A stretch of DNA of 64,000 nt. It comes from an uncultured Rhodospirillaceae bacterium (lineage in GTDB: Bacteria; Pseudomonadota; Alphaproteobacteria; Rhodospirillales; UBA2165). Each line of letters opens with the position of its first letter. The first letter of the stretch is position 1. The position numbers and the translations under genes were made by a program. Location: assembly GCA_964574215.1 (NCBI GenBank), contig CAZNLR010000003.1:78746-142745 (forward strand), read 5' to 3'. The notes under the pieces are model-generated. The model was not told the DNA's origin and ran no database searches. It worked only from the letters and a program-made list of their open reading frames with translations. Positions 27,055 through 36,700 of this stretch are shown here, in pieces.

Positions 27055-29175
27055 ATGGCTGACGAATCGGCGAAGAACGATAAGGCTGAACAGGAAGCAC
27101 CGGAAGAAACGCCCAAGAGAAAAGTGAATACCATCGTGGCAATCGCCGCCGTTGTCATGCTGGGAATCGTCGGCGCGGGCGTCTATTTCTCATTTCAATT
27201 TGTCGAAAGCGAACGCCTGAGGGCCCTCAACGAATGGCAGATTCGTCTGGGCATCGTCGCCGACAGCCGCGTAGCCGAAGTCAACGAATGGATGGAAATT
27301 AATTTTGATACCATCGCCGAACTGACCGAAAATGCCTCCCTGCAACTCTACATGTCCGAATTGTCGGAAGCCGAGGGAGACTTGGAGAAGGTCGATGACG
27401 CCACGGCCCAGCAAGGCTATTTGAGAAACCTCCTGGTCGCCATGGCGGACCGCAACGGCTTCACGCCGCCGGCGCCGGTCCAGGAAACCAACTCCAATGT
27501 CGAACGCGCCGGTACGGCAGGCATGGCGCTTTTGAGCGCCAACGGCGATCCTATTGTCGTCACGCCGGAAATGCCGCCGCTGTCGGCCAAGCAGCGCACC
27601 GCCATTACCAAGGCCCTCCAGGGAGAGCCGGGGGTGATCGATATGTATAAGGGCGCCACCAACCAGCCCACCATGGGCTTCGCCCTGCCCGTCTATGGCG
27701 TGCAGCAGGAAGCCGGCGCCAAGGGTCTCGGCGTCGCCATCGGTATCAGGGTGATTGAAGAGGATTTGTTTGATCTGCTGAAACAGCCGGGCGACACGTC
27801 GGAATCTGCGGAAACCTACCTGGTCAGAAAGTCGGGCAATGTGGTCGAATATCTGACGCCGTTGAGGGACGGCACCCCGGCGTTAAAACGCACCATGGCC
27901 CTTGAAACCCAGGATCTTGCGGCCGCCTTTGCCTTGGCAACACCGGGCGGATTTGAGATCAAACGCGATTATGCCGGAGAGGAAGTCCTGGTGACATCCC
28001 GCCCCGTTGCCGATCTTCCCTGGGTCCTGGTTCGGAAGATCAGCCGGGCCGAGGCTTTGTCCGCCAACGAGAACCGGTTGCGCACCATCCTGATCGTTTT
28101 CGTGCTGATCATCGTCGGCGTCAGCATTGCCATGATCGCGGTCTGGCGGCACGGCACGTCGCTTCGGGCGGCAGCCGCGGCGGAAAAGTTCCGCGTCGCC
28201 GCAGAACGGTTCGAAAACATCTCGAAGTTCATGCGGGTGATCACCAATAGCCAGCCGACCCATATCGTCGCCGTCGACGGCACCACCACCTATACCTTTT
28301 CCAACGAACCGGCAGCCAAAGCGGCGGGAATCACGCCGGAGGATATGATGGGTAAAACTATGGCCGGGGTGATGGGACCGGTAAAGGCGAAGTATTACGC
28401 CGAGGTGAATAAGGAACTGCTGGCGGAATTCGCCCGGGCCGAAGAACAGGGCATGGAGGATTCCGTCAAAAAGACACGCAAGGCCTATGTGCAGCGCTTT
28501 GAAACCGAAGACGGCGGTATGGAAGTCATCAAATCGGACCACATCCCGCTGCGCGGCGACCGGGATCATCCGCCGGGTATTTTGATGATCATGGACGATA
28601 TTACCGAGTTTTCCATGGAACAGATCAAAAGCGAAAACCGCCTGCGTCAGTTGGTCGGCACCCTGGCCGGGATCGTCGATAAGCGCGATCCCACCACATC
28701 CAGCCGGTCGAACAATATCGGTGAAGTGGCCCGCGCCATCGCCGAAGCCCTGGGCATGGATAAAATCGAGGCGGACACGGCGGAATTCGCCGGCGCCCTT
28801 CGCTATGTGGGATCGATATTGAAAGACAATCATGCTTTGGGCGACAGCGCCGATCTGCTGGAGGACATCGATTTCGAGGGTCCCGTGGTCGACGCCATCC
28901 GCCAATCCGGGGAGAACTTCGATGGCTCGGGTCCGGATGGAATGGAGGGTGACGACATGCTCATGGCGGCCCGGATTGTAACCGTGGCCGATGCGTTCCT
29001 CGCCCTGTGCAATCCCAGCGACGGGTCGTCTGAAATGACATTCGAAGAAGCGGGCAACAAGCTGCTGCTTGAATCGGGCTCCAAGTATGACCGCAAAGCC
29101 GTTACGGCTTTGTTGAATTATCTGGAAAACAGCGGCGGCACCGATAAGTGGGCGGATTTCAACCCCTCCACTTGA
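27055..29175 (+). CDS. inner-membrane sensor: double-Cache-like periplasmic domain, PAS-like domain and a degenerate (catalytically inactive) HD-GYP domain
   Basis: 706-aa ORF with an AGGGGAG RBS. TM1 is IVAIAAVVMLGIVGAGVYFSF, followed by a ~290-aa periplasmic region with Cache-like blocks (PTMGFALPVYG, ETYLVRKSGNVVEYLTPLR, DYAGEEVLVTSRPVADLPWVLV), then TM2 ILIVFVLIIVGVSIAMIAVW. A PAS-like segment follows (HIVAVDG...FSNEPAAKAAGITPEDMMGKT...MDDITEF). The C-terminal ~175 aa align by eye to HD-GYP, with the metal and GYP residues replaced (see findings). Confidence 0.75.
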   Translation: MADESAKNDKAEQEAPEETPKRKVNTIVAIAAVVMLGIVGAGVYFSFQFVESERLRALNEWQIRLGIVADSRVAEVNEWMEINFDTIAELTENASLQLYMSELSEAEGDLEKVDDATAQQGYLRNLLVAMADRNGFTPPAPVQETNSNVERAGTAGMALLSANGDPIVVTPEMPPLSAKQRTAITKALQGEPGVIDMYKGATNQPTMGFALPVYGVQQEAGAKGLGVAIGIRVIEEDLFDLLKQPGDTSESAETYLVRKSGNVVEYLTPLRDGTPALKRTMALETQDLAAAFALATPGGFEIKRDYAGEEVLVTSRPVADLPWVLVRKISRAEALSANENRLRTILIVFVLIIVGVSIAMIAVWRHGTSLRAAAAAEKFRVAAERFENISKFMRVITNSQPTHIVAVDGTTTYTFSNEPAAKAAGITPEDMMGKTMAGVMGPVKAKYYAEVNKELLAEFARAEEQGMEDSVKKTRKAYVQRFETEDGGMEVIKSDHIPLRGDRDHPPGILMIMDDITEFSMEQIKSENRLRQLVGTLAGIVDKRDPTTSSRSNNIGEVARAIAEALGMDKIEADTAEFAGALRYVGSILKDNHALGDSADLLEDIDFEGPVVDAIRQSGENFDGSGPDGMEGDDMLMAARIVTVADAFLALCNPSDGSSEMTFEEAGNKLLLESGSKYDRKAVTALLNYLENSGGTDKWADFNPST

Positions 29176-29316
29176 AAGCAACACGGCGGGCCCGCATCTT
29201 CCCCAAAGGCAATCAAGGCCCGGACTCCGTCTGCAAGAAAGCCATCCAAATCGAAAGAAATCGCTGAAGCGAATACGCTCAGGCAGCAGGGAAAACTGGA
29301 CGAATCGGAAGCTCTC

Positions 29317-30681
29317 TTGAGGGCGCTTATCAAAGACGGCGAAAAGGGCGCCGCCGTGTTCCGTGGGCTGGGTCTGACGTTGCGCAACAAAGGCAAACTG
29401 ACCGAGGCCGCTGCGTGTTTCCGCCGTGGCCTTGCCGCCGATCCCGAGAATTCGAACATTTTTAATCTCCTCGGCAACACGCTCATCAGGATGAATGATC
29501 TGGAGCGCGCCGCCCGGGCGTTTGAACGGTCGATCGATATTCTGCCCCGGCAGTTGCAGCCTTTTATCTCACTCTCGGCCGTTCAGCGCGCAATGAAAAA
29601 ACCGCAGCTGGCGCGGCGGACCCTGAGGGCCGGCGTCAAGCGGACCCCCCTATTAGTCCGCCCGTGCCGGAATGAACCGAAAGCGCGCGTATTGCGCATC
29701 CGGGGCGTACAGAACGCTTACTACACGCTGGGTCAAAGCCGGGACGGCAGTCCGAAGCTAAAGCTGAGAGGGGGTAATTTCTCCAACCGGTATCTTTGGG
29801 GGCAGGACGATTTCACGACCATCAACTATATGGTCCTGAACGACAACTTGCTTAAGGAGCAGGACCTGCCCGGCTTCGACGTAGCGGTCAACACCATCGC
29901 CGATCCCGATGTCGAAAGCGAAACCTTGCAGACGCTGGCCACCTTCGCCCATCAGAACCCGGACATCAAAATCATCAACGACCCGGTACGGGTCCTGGAA
30001 ACCAGCCGGGACCGCAACTATCGGCGCCTCAAGGACCTTCCTGGTTTCACCATGGGTAAAACGGTTCGTGTACCGGCCGATGACGCGAAGGTCGGCAACC
30101 TGATCGCCCTGGTGGCAAAGGAAAGACTGGCGTTTCCCGTGCTGATCAGGCAGACCGGGACCCATACCGGCCGAACTTTCATTAAGACCGACACCAAAGA
30201 AGAATTCGAGGCCGCCGCCGGCGAACTGGCGGGATCGGAAATATACCTGACCCAGTACATCTCATGTCCCTACCGGGACGACTTTTTCCGGAAAATGCGG
30301 GTGTTCTTCATTGATGGGAAGATTTATCCGGTGGTTCATCACATCGACGGTTTCTGGAACGTCCACGGCTCCAACCGTACCAATTTGATGGCGGAAAACG
30401 ACTGGATGATGGACGTTGAAATATCCTACATGGCCGATCCCGAATCCTTCCTGGAGCCGGACATCTATCAGCGGCTCCAAAGTCTTCATCAATTGATCGG
30501 CCTGGATTTCTTTGGTGTGGATTTCAATATCACCGATGATGGGGACATTTTGATCTACGAGATGAACCCGGCCATGCGCCACGCCCCGGACCACGGCCAG
30601 AACTTCCCCTACCTCCTCCCCTACATGGACAGGATTACCGAAGCTTTCAAACAGATGATCATCGACCGGTCACGGGATTAA
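29317..30681 (+). CDS. TPR-repeat / ATP-grasp (RimK-like ligase fold) protein
   Basis: 454-aa ORF from a TTG. N-terminal TPR units (GLGLTLRNKGKLTEAAACFRRGLAADPEN; LLGNTLIRMNDLERAARAFERSIDILP). The C-terminal half has ATP-grasp-like blocks (FPVLIRQTGTHTGRTF, IYLTQYI, RKMRVFFIDGKIYPVVHHI, GLDFFGVDFNITDDGDILIYEMNPAM). The 5' end is doubtful: the frame is open back to the TGA of the upstream gene. Confidence 0.6.
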   Translation: MRALIKDGEKGAAVFRGLGLTLRNKGKLTEAAACFRRGLAADPENSNIFNLLGNTLIRMNDLERAARAFERSIDILPRQLQPFISLSAVQRAMKKPQLARRTLRAGVKRTPLLVRPCRNEPKARVLRIRGVQNAYYTLGQSRDGSPKLKLRGGNFSNRYLWGQDDFTTINYMVLNDNLLKEQDLPGFDVAVNTIADPDVESETLQTLATFAHQNPDIKIINDPVRVLETSRDRNYRRLKDLPGFTMGKTVRVPADDAKVGNLIALVAKERLAFPVLIRQTGTHTGRTFIKTDTKEEFEAAAGELAGSEIYLTQYISCPYRDDFFRKMRVFFIDGKIYPVVHHIDGFWNVHGSNRTNLMAENDWMMDVEISYMADPESFLEPDIYQRLQSLHQLIGLDFFGVDFNITDDGDILIYEMNPAMRHAPDHGQNFPYLLPYMDRITEAFKQMIIDRSRD

Positions 30682-30708
30682 AAAGAACGGGCGCCCTAAA
30701 GCACCCGT
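30680..30708 (-). terminator. rho-independent terminator of the giant adhesin gene
   Basis: Minus-sense RNA: ACGGGUGC (loop UUUAGG) GCGCCCGU followed by UCUUUUU. This is an 8-bp stem with one G-U pair, beginning 25 nt after the adhesin stop. It overlaps the stop codon of the convergent ATP-grasp ORF. Confidence 0.6.
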
Positions 30709-30732
30709 CCCAATTTCGATGTGGCGATACGA

Positions 30733-33700
30733 TTAACCGCCAGGTGTATCGATGATGATATTGACCGTGCCGTCGCCGGAATCGGTGACCGAGTAGCCAC
30801 TGCCGACGCTGTCGCGTTCTTCTTCATCCATATCCTTGGCGGCGTCTTTCAGCTTAACCTGGTTACCTTGTTCGCCGTCGGCGCCGATTACGGTAACGAC
30901 AACGTCATCACCGTCGGCAGCGATTTCTATGGAGTCGCCGTCATTGAGATTGATGCCGTCGAAGGTCAGCACATCGCCGTTGTCGAAGTCGTAGACCGTG
31001 TCATCGCCGTCACCGAGGCTGAAGATGAACTCATCGTCGCCGGAACCGCCGTAAAGCTGGTCGTTGCCCTCGCCGCCGATGATCACGTCGTCGCCGCTGC
31101 CGCCGTAGATGACGTCGCCGCCTTCGCCGCCGTCGATATAGTCGACACCGGAGCCGCCGAACAATTCATCGGCACCGCCCTGGCCTTCGATGGTATCATC
31201 ACCGGCACCTCCGAAGAGCTCATCGTCAGCGTCCACATCGGCGTCGGAGTCGTCGTCATCATCCGTATCGGTCCCGACCAATTGATCGTCGGTATCCTCG
31301 CCGAGATTGTCATAATCCTCCGGGTCGCCCAGTTCGACATCGATATCCATGGTCTGGGTCGTGCTGGCCGAATCGCCGTTGGCTTCGGTCGAGGTAGAGG
31401 TTACCGTTAATTCGAAATCGGTGGTTCCTTCCGGCACCGTCATGGACAGTCCGTCAAGATCACCCGGTTCGAGTGTCCAGCTGCCGTCTTCATTTGGCGT
31501 ACCGGCCGACAGGGTCGTACCTTCCGGCAAACCGTCAACGGAGACGGAGATCGACAATGTTTCCGAACCGTCCGTATCGGTCAGCGCCGTTGTGATATCC
31601 AGATCATATTCGATACCGACTTCGTTGGGTGTGAAGTCGAGGGATTCACTGGCCACTTCGACCGGATCTGGCGTGACATCCAAGGTGACGTCATCGAAAT
31701 CGATCTTGGTTTTTTCGTCATCCGTGGTTTTCTTGTTGTTGTAGCCGCCGATCATTACGGTGTGATCGCCCGGCGCCAAATCGCCGAGATCGATGGTGAC
31801 TTCCGTCCAGGCGACATCTCCGTCATAGACGCGGTCGACGTAATCATTACCGCCCACATTGACCAACTGACCATCGATGCTGACCAGCACTTCGGCGTAT
31901 TCGTCGTCTTCATATTTGCTGCTCATATCGATCTTGTAGGAGAAGGTCAGTGAACCGGTGCCGTCTTCATTGACCGTGAAGGTCTGCTCGAAGCCACCGG
32001 ACATATCGGTGATGTCGTCGTCGTCCTGACCACCCAATTGGACACGCATATAACCGTCGTCGCTACGGCGGCCGCCGTCTTTGAACTGTCCCTTGGCGTA
32101 ATCGCCTTCATCGGTGCCGCGGAAGGCGTCATCGGTATAGCTGAAGCCGTCATGGGCGCCATCGGTAAATTCGGCGCTGATCAGGGTTTCAGGCGTCGTT
32201 GAATTGGTCACTGAAATATCCAATTGGATATCACTGGAGTCGCCATCGGCCGGGTTGATCGTCAGATCATCCAGTTGATCGCCGGAAAGTGTCCAAGTGC
32301 CGTCGCCATTATCCGTACCGGCGCTTAAGGTCGCGCCATTGGGAACACCGGATACCGTCACTTCATGGGAAGCGTCCGCCGCTTCCAAGGTTTCCTGAGA
32401 AACCGGCACATCGGTCTCGGCAGAGGTGGACGCAACCAAGGTCGCCGATACATCGAGGGTCGGCGCATCAGCGACACCCGCGACTTCCACGGTTGCCGTC
32501 TGGGCGACGCTCTCCTCGCCATCGGTGATGTTGTAGTTCAACGTCACCTCACCGGAGAAGTTCTCATCGGGCGCATAGGAGTAGTTGCCGTTGGCGTCCG
32601 GGCCGGTCAAGGTGCCTTCACCGTTGTTGACCACCAGATCGGTCACGCTCAGCGCATCGCCGTCGCCGTCGGTCGATCCGGCCAGCAACTGCGCTTCGCT
32701 GATGGTCAGCGTGCCGTCTTCGTTCATGGTGAATTCAGGCGAATCGCCTGCCACCGGCGCTTCATTGGAATTTTCAATTGCTGTGGTAACGGTCGTCGTG
32801 GCGGCATCACCGTTGTCTTCCGTAGACGTAACCGAAACGGTCAAATCAAAATCGCCTGAACCATCTGGCGCCGTAACCGTTAAACCGCTCAACTGATCGG
32901 AAGGAATTTCCCAATCCCCGTCAGAATTCAATGCACCTGCGCTGAAGGTTGCGCCATCGGGCATGCCGTCCATTTCAATGGTAACAGTCGACAGGGACTC
33001 AGATCCATCCGTATCCACCAGCGCCGTAGATATTTCAACGGGGAAGGTGACAACGTCTTCGGCATTTTGGCCGGTTTCGAAATCGATGGAATTGATCAGG
33101 AAATCATCTCCATAGCCCGGGGCAGTGAATACGATCTCGTCAAAAGAGGCGCCATTATCCGCCGACAAGGTAACCGCCGGATCGATACCGTCACTGCCGC
33201 CGACGATCGTTCCTTCACCGACTTTCACACCGTCCTCATAGAGTTCATATACAGCGTCTTCACCGGCATGTTTCCATGCGAAGGAAACGTCGGCGGACGA
33301 TACACTGTCATCGAAAGAAACGATTAACTGTTCGGAAATACCGGCGTCACTGTCGTAGCCAAGCTCGGAATCGGCTCCGGAAGCCTCGCCACTAACGCCA
33401 AAGCCCTGAGGATAGCTATCCTGGACACTGATATTGTCAGCCGAAGCATCCGTCAATTCACCGTTTTCATCGATGGCACGGGCCGTCACGGTGAAACCGT
33501 TATCGGTATTGGTGACATTATCCATGCCGATCGAGACATCAACGGCTTCGCCGCCAACCGTCGATTCGACGCCTTCACCGACCGCGACCGTGAGAGTCGG
33601 CGCATCGGCGACGCCGACCACCGTTACTTCGGCGGTTTGGGCGACGCTTTCTTCGCCATCGGTGACGTTATAATTCAAGGTCACCTCACCGGAGAAATTC

Positions 33701-36700
33701 TCATCAGGCTCATAGGTATAGTTGCCGTTGGCATCCGGTCCGCTCAGCGTTCCTTCTCCGTTGTTTACGGAGAGATCGGTAACGCTGAGTTCATCACCGT
33801 CTGCATCGGTCGAGCCGGCCAGTAATTGAGATTCGCTGATCGTGATCGTACCGTCCTCGTTCATGGTGAACTCGGGCGAATCGCCAGCCACCGGCGCCAC
33901 GTTGACGTCGCCTTCGACCGTCACGGTCAACGCCGCCATATCCGTGCCGCCTTCACCGTCGGAAATGGTATAGGTGAATACGTCTTCGCCGCCGTCAGCC
34001 GTTCCAGGTGTTTCATATTCGACGCCCTGGATCTTGAAGTCGCTCTGGCTGCCCGACATTTGCGTCGCCGTGAAGACCACCGTCTGGAACTCGGCGCCGC
34101 CGGTATCGATGCTCAAGGTGCCGACATTGCTGTTGGCGTGATCGACCGTGTCATTATTGATATCGCCGGTGGCAACCAGATTGCCGTCGGCATCGAATGC
34201 CTGCCACTGCCCCATTTCGCCGGTGGAACCTTCGCCGCTGTAGAGCCGTGAGACGGTAACGTCGGCGCTGGATACACTGGTATCGAAGGTCAAAGCCAGG
34301 GCTTCGCTGTCACCGGAGTTGGGATCATATTCAATCTGGGTTGACGCCTGGGCACCGCCCTGGGTGCCTTCAACGCCCAAACCTTCGCTGGTAACCACTA
34401 CACTGTCGTCGGCCAAGGAGGCATCAAAATTACCGTTGCCGTCCGTAAATGACGTACCGAAATCGAAGGCCGAGATCGACACACCTGCATCGGACCAATC
34501 TCCGGCATCCGAACCGTAACCACCGGCGGTTACCGTTTCGCCGCCGACACCATCTTCTTTTTCATAGGTGTAGGAACCGTCGGTGTTAATGGTCAGCGTA
34601 CCGTGATCACCTTCAATGGTCAGGGAGTCAGAACCTGGATCGAAGCTGTGGGTTTCGCCGTTAAACTCGACCTGGGTGACGCTCAGGGCGTCGCCGTCGG
34701 GATCGCTGTCATTGGTGATGACGCTGCCGTTAATGGTGTCGGCTCCGCCGTCGCCGATTAACGCACTGTCGTCGACCGCGACCGGACCGTCGTTAGTGCC
34801 GTTTACCGTCACCGTGGCGACCGCCGTGTCGGTGCCGCCGGCACCGTCAGAAATCGTATAGGTGATCTCGACATTTTCACTGTCGCCGACACCCATCGCG
34901 TTATAGCTGTCGCCCGGCGTGAAGGTGATAGAACCGTCTTGATTAACGGTCACCGTACCGTCCACGTCGTCAGGCAGGGTGGCGCTGGTAACGCTCAGAT
35001 CGTCGCCGTCGACATCCGTATCGTTGTCCAGGACATTCAGGGTAACGGCAGCGTCTTCGGACGTGCTGCCGCTGTCATCGGCGGCAACCGGGCCGTCATT
35101 GACGGCTTCGACAGTTACAGTAAAGTCCTCGGAGACCGTGGCGATATCGCCGTCCGCCTCTTCCGAGGTCGCCGATAAGGTCATGTTCATTTCGCCATTG
35201 AAATCCTCTGGCGGCAGGACACAGACCAGGTGCAATTGCTCGGGAGAGACCGTCCATTCGCCACCACCAAGATTGGTACCCGGGCTCAAGATCGCACCGT
35301 CGGGAACGTTACTTATGGTGACGCTCAAAGTCTCCGAGCCGTCCGTATCGGTGAGTTCCGCATCCAAGTTCAACTGGGTCCACTGATCTTCTGATCCGGT
35401 TTCGTCGCTGACCACGATCACCGGATCGTCGGCAACGCCCGTGACCGACAAAGTCACCGTCGCCTCGGACGTGCCGCCGTGGCCATCGTCAACGGTGAAG
35501 GTAAAGCTGTCGGTGCCGGAGTAATCTTCATCCGACGTATAGGAGTAGCTGCCGTCCGCATTGACGGTGACAGAACCGTGCGCCGGCCCGCCGTTTTCGG
35601 CGACGGAGAATTCCAGTGTGTCGCCGTCCACATCGGAGGCCTGCAACTGACCGGTAAAGGTGGTGTCTTCCAGCAGATCGCTTTCCGATCCGCCGACCGC
35701 CACCGGGCCGTCGTTGGTGCCGGTCACGGTGACCGTTGCGGTCGCCGTATCGGTGCCGCCTTGGCCGTCGGAAATCGTATAGGTGATTTCGACCGTGGCG
35801 TCTTCTCCGACCGCCAGATCGTTGTAGTTATCCTGCGGATCGAAGGTGAGTGAACCGTCGTCGTTGATGACAACCAAACCAGCGCCGTTGGCGATGGTGG
35901 CGCCCGTTACCAGCAACTGGTTGCCGTCGGCATCGGTGTCGTTGGCCAACACGTTGATGGTCACCGCGCTGTCTTCGTCGGTGGTGGCAATATCGTCAAC
36001 CGCCACGGGCGCGTCGTTTTCGGAATCCACCGTCAGGTTTACGGTCGCCGTGTCTGAACCGCCCTGGCCGTCGCTGATGGTGTAGGTGAATTCGGCCGGG
36101 CCGTTGTAATTGGCTTCGGGGGTAAAGGTCACCGTGCCGTCGTCGTTCAGCGTCACTGTACCATGAGAGGCCGATCCGACATCCGTGATCTCCAGCGTGC
36201 CGCCGTCAATGTCGCTGTCGTTGCTCAGCAAGTCGGAGGCATTCAAGGTTAACGCCGCATCTTCATCCGTGGTGAAACTGTCATCGTTCGCTACCGGCCC
36301 GTCATTGGTGCCGGTTACGGTCACCGTGGCGGTGGCCGTATCGGTACCGCCCGCACCATCGCTGATGGTGTAGGTAATCTCCACCTGCTCCGTCGCGCCC
36401 GGCGCCAGATCATCAAAATCCGTGCCCGGATCGAAATTAACGGTGCCGTCGTCGTTGATGGAAACCGAACCCTGACCGTCGCCGATATTGGCGCTCGTCA
36501 CACTCAGGGTATCACCGTCGATATCCGTATCATTGGCCAAAACGTCGATATCAATGGAGACATTTTCCTGCGTCGCCGCGGCATCGTCCGCCGCTACCGG
36601 GCCGTCATTGACGGCTTCAACGGTTACCGTGAAGTCTTCGGATACCGTCGCTGCATCGCCGTCCGCTTCCGTCGAGGTCACCGACAGACTCAGGTCAATT

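Noticed and set aside
29173-29175. TGA read as selenocysteine
   Set aside because: The local context (..NPST-TGA-KQHGG..) is a linker, not a redox-active site. I see no obvious stem-loop immediately downstream that would serve as a bacterial SECIS. Read-through, a split gene or a sequencing error are more economical explanations, so this is kept only as an open question in the findings.
27883-29184. 433-aa minus-strand ORF antisense to the Cache-PAS-HD-GYP sensor gene
   Set aside because: It is nested in the sensor ORF, which has TM helices and domain-level patterns. The antisense translation is low-complexity.
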